DNA of 60,485 bases, the filler included. It is 4 parts of 4 records of this genome, joined end to end, with 100 filler letters (N's around TTAATTAATTAA, not from the genome) between each part and the next. Parts side by side here need not be neighbours in the genome. Positions count along the whole stretch, not along the records: positions 29,638 to 53,683 come from SRR2962707_2650; positions 53,784 to 60,485 come from SRR2962707_2652; 2 more parts are not named here. One strand, written 5' to 3'. Positions 52,069-60,485 of this stretch are shown in pieces. Within the stretch, counting starts at the first letter, position 1. The number at the start of each line of letters is the position of its first letter. The notes beneath the pieces were generated by a model. The model worked only from the letters and a program-made list of their open reading frames with translations. It was not told the DNA's origin and searched no databases. A program made the translations under genes and the position numbers.

Positions 52069-52518
52069 ATGGAAACCAGTTTCGACGCGCTTCTCGTTCC
52101 CCGGCTGCTTTTCTCTCTCGTCGCGGTCATGATCTTCGCCGGCCCGATCGTCGCCGACTTCAACAAGACCCATGCGACGAATCCGCTCTGGCCGCCCCAT
52201 GCCCGCTTTCACGTCGTCTGGCAGGTGCTGAGCCAGTCGGGCGTCTCCCTCGTCATCCTCTGGCTGCTCTGGACGGATGCGGCGGACTACACGACCCATA
52301 TCTGGGTCGCCGCCATCCTCAACTATGTCTGGGGCGCGAGCTTCTATGCGACGCTCGCCTCCATGCCGCTTTATGGCGGCGCTCTGAAAGATGTGAACGG
52401 CATCAAGCCTTTCCGCTTCAACATCTTCGGCAAGATTTATCTCGTGGACACCAATCTCTTCGGTGGCACCATACTGATGCTTGTGAACACCATTGGCGTG
52501 TTCCTGCTCGTGAACTGA
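52069..52518 (+). CDS. Small membrane protein with WPPHARFH motif (DUF6640-like)
   Basis: About 4 hydrophobic helices; DFNKTHATNPLWPPHARFH. Confidence 0.65.
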   Translation: METSFDALLVPRLLFSLVAVMIFAGPIVADFNKTHATNPLWPPHARFHVVWQVLSQSGVSLVILWLLWTDAADYTTHIWVAAILNYVWGASFYATLASMPLYGGALKDVNGIKPFRFNIFGKIYLVDTNLFGGTILMLVNTIGVFLLVN

Positions 52519-52530
52519 AATGGAGTCGAA

Positions 52531-53637
52531 ATGCTTGCGCGCTTTGCCGGAGTTCTGCTGATGGCCATGACGATCTCGCACGCGGCGCATGCCGCACCCT
52601 TCGGCACCGTCGAAATCGCACCCGTCGAAGAGGCGCTCACCTTCGCGCGCGACAAGACGGGCACGCGCCTCATCCTCGTCTCATCCTATGAGGGAGGGCA
52701 GGTCACGGGCATCGACCTCACCGCGGCCTTCGGAGCCTCCGATCCGATAGCGCTCTACAATGCGAAAGGCTATGACGCGATTGCCGCCGCATCGGGCGAG
52801 AAGGTGACGCTCCCGCGCGCCGAACTCGGCATCCCCGTGGACCTCACCGCTTCCCACATCGCGGCCGGCACCAACTTCCCCGAACACGCAGAGGAGTCGT
52901 CTGTCGAGGACGGCCCCTTCCTCTTCGCAAAGGAAGTCGAACCCACAGCTTTCGATGCGCCCATCCCGGCGGACGATGCGCTGCTCGACTATGAAGTCGA
53001 GCTCTGCTTCGTCGCTCTCGATGCTTTCGACATTTCGCAGGCGCCTGCGCAAGCAGGGCTCATCCTCTGCACCGACGTCACCGACCGCGCGAAACTGATG
53101 CGCAACATCGACGCCTCCGACGTCACCTCCGGCAAGGGCTTCACCACCGGCAAGAGCGCGCCGGGCTTCTTTCCTGTCGGCAACCTCTTCGTCATCCCGC
53201 GCGATGTCCGCGCCTTCGCTTCCGCCGTCGAACTGCGTCTCTGGCGTGGCGACGAGTTGAAACAGTCCGCCCGCCAGTCGGAAGCGATCTGGGATTTCGA
53301 CGAACTCGTCCGTCAGTCCGCCGCCCGTCAGGAGGTGCTGTGGGATTTCGAGGGCCGCGAAGTTGGCCTTCCGATCAAGGGCGGCACCGTCCCCGCCCGC
53401 ACCGCCATTCTCGCGGGCACGCCGGACGGCACCGTCTTTCGAGGCGTGGATAAGTCGGCCATGGCGCTCGGTGTCTGGGACTGGCTCGCAGGCGGTTGGG
53501 ACAAGACCGTCATCGCCCGCATCGTCGAACGTCAGATCGCAAAGGAGCGTGACGCTCTGCGCTACCTCCAGCCCGGCGAACATGTCGTCATCTCGGTCAA
53601 TCTGATGGGCGAGCTCGACAACCTCATCGTCGAGTAG
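52531..53637 (+). CDS. Fumarylacetoacetate hydrolase-family protein with predicted signal peptide
   Basis: GTNFPEH, FLFAK, LDYEVEL, DVTDR, GKS..F.PVG, ILAGTPDG; N-terminus MLARFAGVLLMAMTISHAAHA. Confidence 0.85.
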   Translation: MLARFAGVLLMAMTISHAAHAAPFGTVEIAPVEEALTFARDKTGTRLILVSSYEGGQVTGIDLTAAFGASDPIALYNAKGYDAIAAASGEKVTLPRAELGIPVDLTASHIAAGTNFPEHAEESSVEDGPFLFAKEVEPTAFDAPIPADDALLDYEVELCFVALDAFDISQAPAQAGLILCTDVTDRAKLMRNIDASDVTSGKGFTTGKSAPGFFPVGNLFVIPRDVRAFASAVELRLWRGDELKQSARQSEAIWDFDELVRQSAARQEVLWDFEGREVGLPIKGGTVPARTAILAGTPDGTVFRGVDKSAMALGVWDWLAGGWDKTVIARIVERQIAKERDALRYLQPGEHVVISVNLMGELDNLIVE

Positions 53638-53642
53638 TTTTT

Positions 53643-53675
53643 GTTTATGACAGTTCGGTGACAGTTCGATGACAG
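53643..53675 (-). promoter_or_regulatory. Pho-box-like triple direct repeat (11-bp period)
   Basis: Minus strand CTGTCATCGAA-CTGTCACCGAA-CTGTCATAAAC. Confidence 0.7.
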
Positions 53676-53683
53676 CCACCCGC

Positions 53684-53783
53684 NNNNNNNNNNNNNNNNN
53701 NNNNNNNNNNNNNNNNNNNNNNNNNNNTTAATTAATTAANNNNNNNNNNNNNNNNNNNNNNNNNNNNNNNNNNNNNNNNNNNN
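53684..53783. other. Artificial contig-joining spacer
   Basis: N44-TTAATTAATTAA-N44. Confidence 0.99.
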
Positions 53784-55412
53784 GGTGAGGAAGTCGCAGC
53801 CGGCGCCAATGGCCACAGCCAGCAGGAAGGCTTCGGGCTGATAGCCCAGTTCGGTGGCGAAGGTCGCCGCGATCGGGGCCATGACCAGCACGGTGGCGGC
53901 GTTGTTGAGGAAAGGCGTCACGGCCATGGCGGCAACCATGATCAGCGCCAGCGCGCCCCAGCCGGGCAGGGTGCTGGCGGTCAGTGAGAGCCAGCCGGCG
54001 ATAATTTCGGTGCCGCCGGTGGTGCGCAGGGAGTCCGCGACCGGGATCAGACAGGCCAGCATGATCAGGATGGGCGCGTCGAGCTGGTTATAGACATCGC
54101 GCAGCGGGATGGCACGGCTGAGGACCATGGCGACGGCCGCAGCGAAGAAGGCGGGCGCCACGGGCACCAAACCCAGCGCCGATGCGCTCATGGCGATGGC
54201 CAGAATGACCAGTGGCACAAGGCCATTGCGAATGCTGCCAAGGCGCAGACCGCGTTCGACCAGCGGCAGGCAATCCCACTCGCGCAGCAGTTCGGGCAGC
54301 CGCTTGATGTGCCCTTGGATCAGGATCACGTCGCCGTTCTGAAAGCGGATCTGGCCAAGTCGTTCGGTGAAGCGCTCTTCGCGGCGGCTGACGGCCAGCA
54401 GGTTCAGCCCGGTGCGATCAAACAGGGTCAGTTCCTGTGCCGTTGCGCCGATCAGTCCCGAGCTTTCACCGATCACCGCTTCGATCACGCCGAAATCGGC
54501 CGCGTCCTTGGTGGCCGCACCGCGCCGCTCGGAGAACACCAGGCCGGACTGGTTGACCATCTTGTCGAGTGCTTCGGGCTCGCCGGCGATCAGCAGGATG
54601 TCGCCGGCCCGAAGCTTGGCGTCGGGCAGGGGTGTGCGGGGGCGGCCCCCGGCACCGACGATGCGGGTTACCATGCCACGCCCATCAGCGAGTGCCTGAA
54701 TCTCGCCAATCGTGCGGCCAATGGCCGAGGAATCCTCGGTGACGCGCGCTTCGGTGGTGTAGTTCTTGATCTCGACTGCGCTATCCAGGCCCTGGGTCTC
54801 GCGCTGGCGCACGGGCAGGAGCTTGTAGAACAGGGCCAGAAAAATCACTCCAACCACGGTCAGGGCCAGTCCCACGGGGGTGTAGTCGAACATCGAAAAG
54901 GCTTCGCCGGTCAGTTCCATGCGCACGCGCGAGACGATGATATTGGGTGACGTGCCGATCTGCGTCATCAGCCCGCCCAGTAGCGAAGCAAAGGCCATGG
55001 GCATCAGAAACAGCGAGGGCGATACGCCGGAGCGGCGGGCCATCTGGAAGGCAATTGGCATCATGATGGCCAGCGCGCCGATATTCTTGACGAAGGCGCT
55101 GAGCACGGCGACCACAGTGACCAGCAGGATCAGCTGCGCGCGCGGTCCTGATATATTGGGCGCAAAGCGGCGCACTGCCACTTCCATGATACCCGAGCGC
55201 GATACGGCAGCGCTGACGATCAGCGCGCTGCCGACAATGATGACGATATCGTCGGAGAAGCCGGAAAACGCTTCGGCGGGCGAGACGACGCCGATGGCGA
55301 GGGACGCAAGCAGGGCGGCCACGGCCACCACGTCATAGCGCCAGCGGCCCCAGATAAACGCCACCATCATGGCGCCGATCAGCAGGAAGGCCAAGGATTG
55401 CTGAAGTGTCAT
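53784..55412 (-). CDS. SLC13/CitMHS-type permease with TrkA-C domains, 3'-truncated
   Basis: RYDVVA, SAFVKNIGA, LGGLMTQIGTSPNI, two TrkA-C-like segments, FLNNAAT. Confidence 0.92.
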
Positions 55413-55534
55413 TGCGGTTCCATAGCAGCCTGTCAGCGCACAACTCAACCCAGAGCGAACGCGTAGACAAGAGACAAAATCGACATGGGCGACTATAATT
55501 GGCGGAACGGATTTGAAACTGCGGCGGATTGGAC

Positions 55535-56461
55535 ATGTCGATGCACCCAAAACAGCTTTTCACCACGCTGGGGCCGTTAACGCGGGATCAGCTGGGTAAG
55601 ATCCTGCCGCACGAACATGTTTTTGTGGATTTGCGGACGCCGGACCAGCCGGGCTATGCGCAGGCCGATACCGCGGCTGTGGTGGCGCTGATGGCCCCGC
55701 AGATCGAAGCCATCAAGACGCAGGGCATCACGGCGCTGGTCGAGTGTTCTACCGGTGGTGTCGGGCGGCGTGCCGATCTGGATCTGGCCGTGTCGCTGGC
55801 CACAGATTTCCCCATTGTGGTGCCCACTGGCAATTACCGTGAGCCATGGATACCCGACTGGGTTGCGACCGCCAGCGAGGCGGCGCTGGAAAGCTGGATG
55901 CTCAAGGAACTCAATGAGGGCATCGAGGATACCGGGGTGCAGGCGGCGTGGATCAAGATCAGTGCCGGCGATGACGGCATAACGCCCCTTGAAGCGCGTA
56001 TATTGCGGGCGGCGGCGCGTGCGGCCAAGGCAACGGGGGCGGTGATCGGCTCGCATACGATCAAGGGGCGGGTGGTAATGGATCAGCTCGACATCATCGA
56101 GGCCGAAGGTGGTCGAGCCGACCGGTTCATCTCCATCCATACCCAGGCCGAACCTGATTTTGACATGCACAGGGCAGTTGCGGCGCGCGGCGCCTGGATT
56201 GAGTATGACCATGTCGGGCGGGCGCCCGATGACGAGGTGGTGGCGCTGATCCTGCGGGCGCTGGAGGCAGGATTGGGCAGGCAATTGCTGCTTAGTCACG
56301 ACCGGGGCTGGTTTGACCCGGCCAAGCCTGGTGGTGGAGAGCCGCAGCCCTATACGCATCTGGTGGCGCACCTATTGCCCCGATTGCGGTCAGCGGGGGT
56401 GGACGACGACATGATCGTGCAATTGACCGAAACCAATCCGTTCGAGGCCTATGCCCGCTAG
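55535..56461 (+). CDS. Phosphotriesterase-like amidohydrolase (PHP/PTE family)
   Basis: HEH, WIK (carboxylated Lys), SHT, IHT, LSHD, NP metal-site pattern. Confidence 0.9.
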   Translation: MSMHPKQLFTTLGPLTRDQLGKILPHEHVFVDLRTPDQPGYAQADTAAVVALMAPQIEAIKTQGITALVECSTGGVGRRADLDLAVSLATDFPIVVPTGNYREPWIPDWVATASEAALESWMLKELNEGIEDTGVQAAWIKISAGDDGITPLEARILRAAARAAKATGAVIGSHTIKGRVVMDQLDIIEAEGGRADRFISIHTQAEPDFDMHRAVAARGAWIEYDHVGRAPDDEVVALILRALEAGLGRQLLLSHDRGWFDPAKPGGGEPQPYTHLVAHLLPRLRSAGVDDDMIVQLTETNPFEAYAR

Positions 56462-57312
56462 GCGAAGGCGGCGCGATACTGGCTGGGCGTGGTGCCTTTA
56501 AGCGCCTTGAACTGGCGGTTGAAATTGGCCAGCGAGTCGTAGCCCACCAGCCCTGCGATCTGACCGACAGGCTGGCTGGTGGAGGAGAGCAGGGCACAGG
56601 CCCGACCTATGCGCAGGCGGATCAGATACTGGCTGACGGTCTGCCTTGTGTGGCGCAAGAAGGTGCGGTGAAGGCCAGACGGGCTGAGCGCAGCAATATC
56701 GGCCAGCTGGGGCACGGTGAGTGGCTCGGCGAAATGGTCGTGGATATGGCTGAGCACCCGATCGATGCGGCCGCGATCGGTTGCCGCAGGGGCCAGTTCC
56801 GGCGCGGTGGCCGAAAGCGGCGTGGCCGCCCGATCCTGTGCCAGCACAGTCAGCACTCGGACCAGACTGAGAAAGCGATCCACCGCCGGCTGGGTGAACA
56901 GGGTCTGGATGAGCGGACGGGCGGTACGGGCCGTTTCAGGCGAGAACTGCAGCCCTGTTGCGGCTCGGTTGAGCATGGCGGCAACGCTGCGCAACTCGGT
57001 ATTGGCTGTCAGCCGCTCGGCCCATTCGGGCAGGAACCACATGACAAGGGCAGTGTGCGGGGCGCTGCAATCAGCGCGATCAAGAGAATGCCAGGTGTGC
57101 GGCAGGTAGGGCCCGATCAGCACCAGATCGCCATCGTCATAGCGCCCGATATGGTCACCGATAAACCGTTGCCCTTTGGAGTTCAGCGTTAGGGTCAGTT
57201 CGAATTCGGGGTGGTGGTGCCACTGAAACGGAATGCCGTCGTCGAGGCGCCGGTTCAGTGTGGCCCAGGACGCGTCATCATCGGGTGAAACATGTTCCAA
57301 ATAGGGCTTCAT
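56458..57312 (-). CDS. AraC-family regulator with cupin domain
   Basis: WHHHPEFEL, GDLVLIG..LPH, GYDSLANFNRQFK. Confidence 0.93.
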   Translation of the reverse strand: MKPYLEHVSPDDDASWATLNRRLDDGIPFQWHHHPEFELTLTLNSKGQRFIGDHIGRYDDGDLVLIGPYLPHTWHSLDRADCSAPHTALVMWFLPEWAERLTANTELRSVAAMLNRAATGLQFSPETARTARPLIQTLFTQPAVDRFLSLVRVLTVLAQDRAATPLSATAPELAPAATDRGRIDRVLSHIHDHFAEPLTVPQLADIAALSPSGLHRTFLRHTRQTVSQYLIRLRIGRACALLSSTSQPVGQIAGLVGYDSLANFNRQFKALKGTTPSQYRAAFA

Positions 57313-57445
57313 TTGGCGCTCTGTCCCCTCGATACGCCAGAATAGTATCAGTATTGGCCTGCTGGGGGCAAGCGAACCCCAGCTTGAGGGGCTAGGCTTC
57401 TTCTACAAGCCAAACCCGAATGGGGACAGGACATGGGAGACCGAC

Positions 57446-58387
57446 ATGCAAGCAGCAGCAACCAAGCGCGACAGCCATCCAACCACGCAGGTGGTGACGA
57501 CCCAGCTCAAGGACATCGTCAAGAAGCTGCCCCTGCGGGTGCTGAGCCCGGCGGATTGGGAGCACTGGGTAACCAAGGGCTATGTGATTGTTCGCAATGC
57601 GGTTCCACAGGAAAATGTCGAGCGGCTCAAGGCTTTGCTCTGGGAATTTGAAGAAAAGAATCCGGTAGATCCGGACACCTGGTACACCCCGCAGCGGCGT
57701 GATCACATCATGAAGGAGCTCAACGGCACCGGCATGGTGGAGATCTACAACCACCAGTTGCTCTGGGATAACCGGATGGAGCAGCGCGTCTATGACGCCT
57801 TTGTCGATATCTGGGATATCGAGGAGCTCTGGACCAGTATCGACCGCGCCAATCTCAATGTCCCCAAAAAGGTCAAGGGTAACCCCAATGGCTTCATCCA
57901 CTGGGATAGCGACACCTCGCTCGATCCGCTGCCCATCGGCGTGCAGGGCGTGCTCAGCCTAGTCAAGCAGGATGGCGATGTGGGTGGTTTCCAGTGCATT
58001 CCCGAGCTGTTCTATAATTTCGACGAGTGGGTGAAGACCCAGCCGGCTGATCGCGATCCGATGCATCCGGACACCACCGGGCTGACCATCACCAATATCG
58101 AGATGGAGCCCGGCGATCTGATGATCTTCAATACGCTGCTGGCTCATGGCGTGCGGCCCAACCATTCCGATGGGCGGGTACGCATGGCGCAGTACATTTC
58201 CATGTTCCCCGCTGATGAGGACAATGCCGCCGAGCGCGCCGAACGGGTGCGGTTGTGGCGTGAACTGGATCACCCGCAGCGCGATGCATTTCCCGGTGAT
58301 CCGCGCGAATGGGAAAAGAAGAATGCCGCGGTCGCCAAACTGACGCCGTTGGGCGAAAAACTGCTCGGCGCGCAGAGCTGGCGCTGA
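57446..58387 (+). CDS. Phytanoyl-CoA dioxygenase-family Fe(II)/2OG oxygenase
   Basis: KGYVIV, IHWD (HxD), GDLMIF..LAHG, R.AQY. Confidence 0.88.
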   Translation: MQAAATKRDSHPTTQVVTTQLKDIVKKLPLRVLSPADWEHWVTKGYVIVRNAVPQENVERLKALLWEFEEKNPVDPDTWYTPQRRDHIMKELNGTGMVEIYNHQLLWDNRMEQRVYDAFVDIWDIEELWTSIDRANLNVPKKVKGNPNGFIHWDSDTSLDPLPIGVQGVLSLVKQDGDVGGFQCIPELFYNFDEWVKTQPADRDPMHPDTTGLTITNIEMEPGDLMIFNTLLAHGVRPNHSDGRVRMAQYISMFPADEDNAAERAERVRLWRELDHPQRDAFPGDPREWEKKNAAVAKLTPLGEKLLGAQSWR

Positions 58388-58492
58388 GCTAAACGACGCG
58401 GATGGAATAGTTTTTCTGCCGTGTCGCCAATTGCGCAATAGCAGGCCTGTCCGAAGCGTTGGTGCTTCTGGAGGGGCCTGCTACATGACGCC

Positions 58493-59719
58493 ATGTCCAG
58501 CGTCATCCCGTTTTTCATGCGCTTCGTGCCCGGTCTCGCCCCTGTCAGTCTGGGCGAGCGGTTGCGGGCGTCCCTTGGTGCCGTCATCGGTATCGTTATT
58601 ACCGGTGCGGTCGCGACCCTGGCGCTGAGCAGCAGTGATGTGCCGCTGCTGATTGCGCCCATGGGCGCCTCCGCCGTGCTGCTGTTTGCCGTTCCGATGA
58701 GCCCGCTGGCGCAGCCTTGGTCCATCATTGGCGGCAATACTATCGCGGCCCTGATCGGTGTCACCTGCGCCCGCTATATCTCAGATCCCATGCTCGCGGC
58801 AGGTTTGGCCGTGGGCGCGGCCATCGCGATTATGATGGCGATGCGGTGCCTGCATCCGCCTAGTGGGGCGGTGGCACTGACAGCTGTGCTGGGCGGGCCT
58901 GCCATCACCGCGGCTGGTTATGGGTTCGTCATCTGGCCCGTGCTGATCAACTCATTGCTGCTGCTGGCGGTGGCTTTGGCCTTCAATAATCTGACGGGTC
59001 GCCACTATCCGCATCTCACCCCAGCGCCTGCAGTCAATCCGCATAAGACGGCTGATGCGCTGCCCAGCGGCCGGCTCGGTGTGTCGACGGCCGATATCCG
59101 TGCCGTGTTGGCACAGCATGACGTGGTGCTGCCGGTGGCGACCGATCAGCTTGAGGACATCCTGCACCGCGCCGAGATGCGCGCGTATGACCGCCGCTCG
59201 GCCGGGGTAACCTGTGCGCAGGTGATGAGCCGCGATGTGCTCTCGATTGGCCCCAAGACCAGTCTACGCGAGGCGCTGCGGCATCTGCGTGAGCATCACA
59301 TCAAGGCATTGCCCGTGGTTGATCACGACAATCGGGTGATCGGCATCCTGACCCAGACCGATCTGCTCGACAAAGCCGATTGGGGCATGTCGGCGACGGG
59401 TTCTGGTCTGGGGTGGCGCCTGCGCGCGATAAGCAATTCAGATCGCTCGCTCAAGGGACGGGTGGAGGACGTTATGAGTACGCCGGTCAAGGCTGCTCAT
59501 CCTGATACTCATATCGCCCAGGTAGTGCCTTATATGGCCGATGCCGGGCTGCATCATTTGCCCGTCACCGATGATGATCAGCGGTTGGTTGGCATGCTGA
59601 CCCAGTCCGATGTGATGGCCGCCATGTATGCAGTGTCGGTCGGCGAGACCGCTTTGGCCGTAGCGCAGACCCCCGTGCGACCGGCCAGAAAAAAGGCGCT
59701 GCCCGTGAGCAGCGCCTGA
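58493..59719 (+). CDS. HPP-family membrane protein with CBS domains
   Basis: APMGASAVLLF..SPLAQP, LHPPSGA; two CBS pairs (MSRDV..LPVV..GILTQTD; MSTPV..LPV..GMLTQSD). Confidence 0.93.
   Translation: MSSVIPFFMRFVPGLAPVSLGERLRASLGAVIGIVITGAVATLALSSSDVPLLIAPMGASAVLLFAVPMSPLAQPWSIIGGNTIAALIGVTCARYISDPMLAAGLAVGAAIAIMMAMRCLHPPSGAVALTAVLGGPAITAAGYGFVIWPVLINSLLLLAVALAFNNLTGRHYPHLTPAPAVNPHKTADALPSGRLGVSTADIRAVLAQHDVVLPVATDQLEDILHRAEMRAYDRRSAGVTCAQVMSRDVLSIGPKTSLREALRHLREHHIKALPVVDHDNRVIGILTQTDLLDKADWGMSATGSGLGWRLRAISNSDRSLKGRVEDVMSTPVKAAHPDTHIAQVVPYMADAGLHHLPVTDDDQRLVGMLTQSDVMAAMYAVSVGETALAVAQTPVRPARKKALPVSSA
59689..59717 (-). terminator. Rho-independent terminator for rimO, overlapping the 3' end of the HPP gene
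   Basis: AGGCGCTGC-CCGTGA-GCAGCGCCT stem preceded by an A-run (T-run on the minus strand). Confidence 0.75.
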
Positions 59720-59762
59720 TAATTTGAGTCCGGAAACACCGCCAAGGTGTTGAAACTGAATC

Positions 59763-60485
59763 CTAGTTCAGAGTCGCGCTGGGCGTGGCGAACAGGTCGT
59801 ATTCATCGCTGTCAGTCACCAGAACGTCGATCATGTCGCCGGGCTTGATGCCGGTGGCATTGGCGATGATGACCTGGCCGTCGATCTCGGGCGCATCCCA
59901 TTTGGAGCGGGCAATCGCCTTGTTCTGTTCGGGCTGCACATCGTCCACCAGCACCTGAATGGTGCGGCCGACCTTCTTGGCCAGCTGGCCGGTCGAGACG
60001 TTCTGCGCCACTTCCATCAGCCGCTCGAAGCGATCCTGCATGACATCGTCGGGCACAATGCCTTCGAGTTCATTGGCAGGGGCGCCGGTGACGGGCTCAT
60101 ATTTGAAGCAGCCGGCGCGGTCGATTTCGGCTTCCTCAATGAAGTCGAGCATCATCTCGAAGTCTTCTTCGGTCTCGCCGGGAAAGCCAACGATGAAGTT
60201 CGAACGCACGGTGAGGTCCGGAACCTGCTCGCGCCACTTCAGGATGCGGTTGAGCGTCTTGTCCTGATGGGCGGGACGACGCATGGCCTTGAGCACCTTT
60301 GGCGAGGCGTGCTGGAACGGAATGTCGAGATAGGGCAGCACCAGGCCTTCGGCCATCAGCTCCATGATCGAATCCACATGGGGGTAGGGGTAGACGTAGT
60401 GTAGACGCACCCAGGCACCCAACTGGCCCAGTTCCTTGGCCAGATCGTAGAACTTTGCCTTGACGGGGCGGCCACGGTAATTGGA
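59763..60485 (-). CDS. rimO: Ribosomal protein S12 methylthiotransferase, 5'-partial
   Basis: [44 protein letters not shown] domain; frame stays open to the window end. Confidence 0.96.
   Translation of the reverse strand, partial: SNYRGRPVKAKFYDLAKELGQLGAWVRLHYVYPYPHVDSIMELMAEGLVLPYLDIPFQHASPKVLKAMRRPAHQDKTLNRILKWREQVPDLTVRSNFIVGFPGETEEDFEMMLDFIEEAEIDRAGCFKYEPVTGAPANELEGIVPDDVMQDRFERLMEVAQNVSTGQLAKKVGRTIQVLVDDVQPEQNKAIARSKWDAPEIDGQVIIANATGIKPGDMIDVLVTDSDEYDLFATPSATLN

Noticed and set aside
53648-53675. TGACAGTTCG tandem repeat as a CRISPR or iteron array
   Set aside because: Only three 11-bp units with no spacers and no cas or rep gene; it fits a Pho box better.
59689-59719. HPP C-terminal tail RKKALPVSSA as a functional motif
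   Set aside because: It is simply the translation of the overlapping rimO terminator hairpin.

Overview
The window is a concatenation of four unrelated contigs joined by artificial 100-nt spacers (N44-TTAATTAATTAA-N44 at 7270-7369, 29538-29637 and 53684-53783), so genes on different contigs are not neighbours. Contig 1 (1-7269) is eukaryotic and protist-like. It has two convergent GT-AG intron-containing genes: a partial SLC35D-type nucleotide-sugar transporter and a 9-exon ~1524-aa protein with repeated TF.P motifs. Contig 2 (7370-29537) looks like Rhodobacteraceae accessory metabolism: a TAXI-TRAP transporter, an FSP1/AIFM2-like oxidoreductase, a TetR-controlled FMO-BASS-SDR operon, and a LysR-controlled amino-acid uptake/catabolism operon ending in a broad-spectrum-type racemase; it stops inside a tRNA-Leu 3' end. 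Contig 3 (29638-53683) is a high-GC alphaproteobacterium (Parvibaculum-like, a guess) with a fatty-acyl catabolic operon, a single-chain acyl-CoA carboxylase, katE and a TetR-controlled monooxygenase operon. Its most interesting locus (35473-41793, minus strand) encodes a GlyGly-CTERM VIT/vWA protein, rhombosortase, a divergent PspA/YjfJ-like protein, TetR, a PlsC-type acyltransferase and an LplT-like MFS flippase. Three copies of one palindromic operator tie these genes together as a candidate undescribed envelope-stress/lipid-remodelling regulon. Contig 4 (53784-60485) is ordinary alphaproteobacterial DNA (Devosia-like, a guess) ending in rimO. No CRISPR array, transposase or integrase was seen. 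All family calls come from motif recognition by eye; no searches were run.
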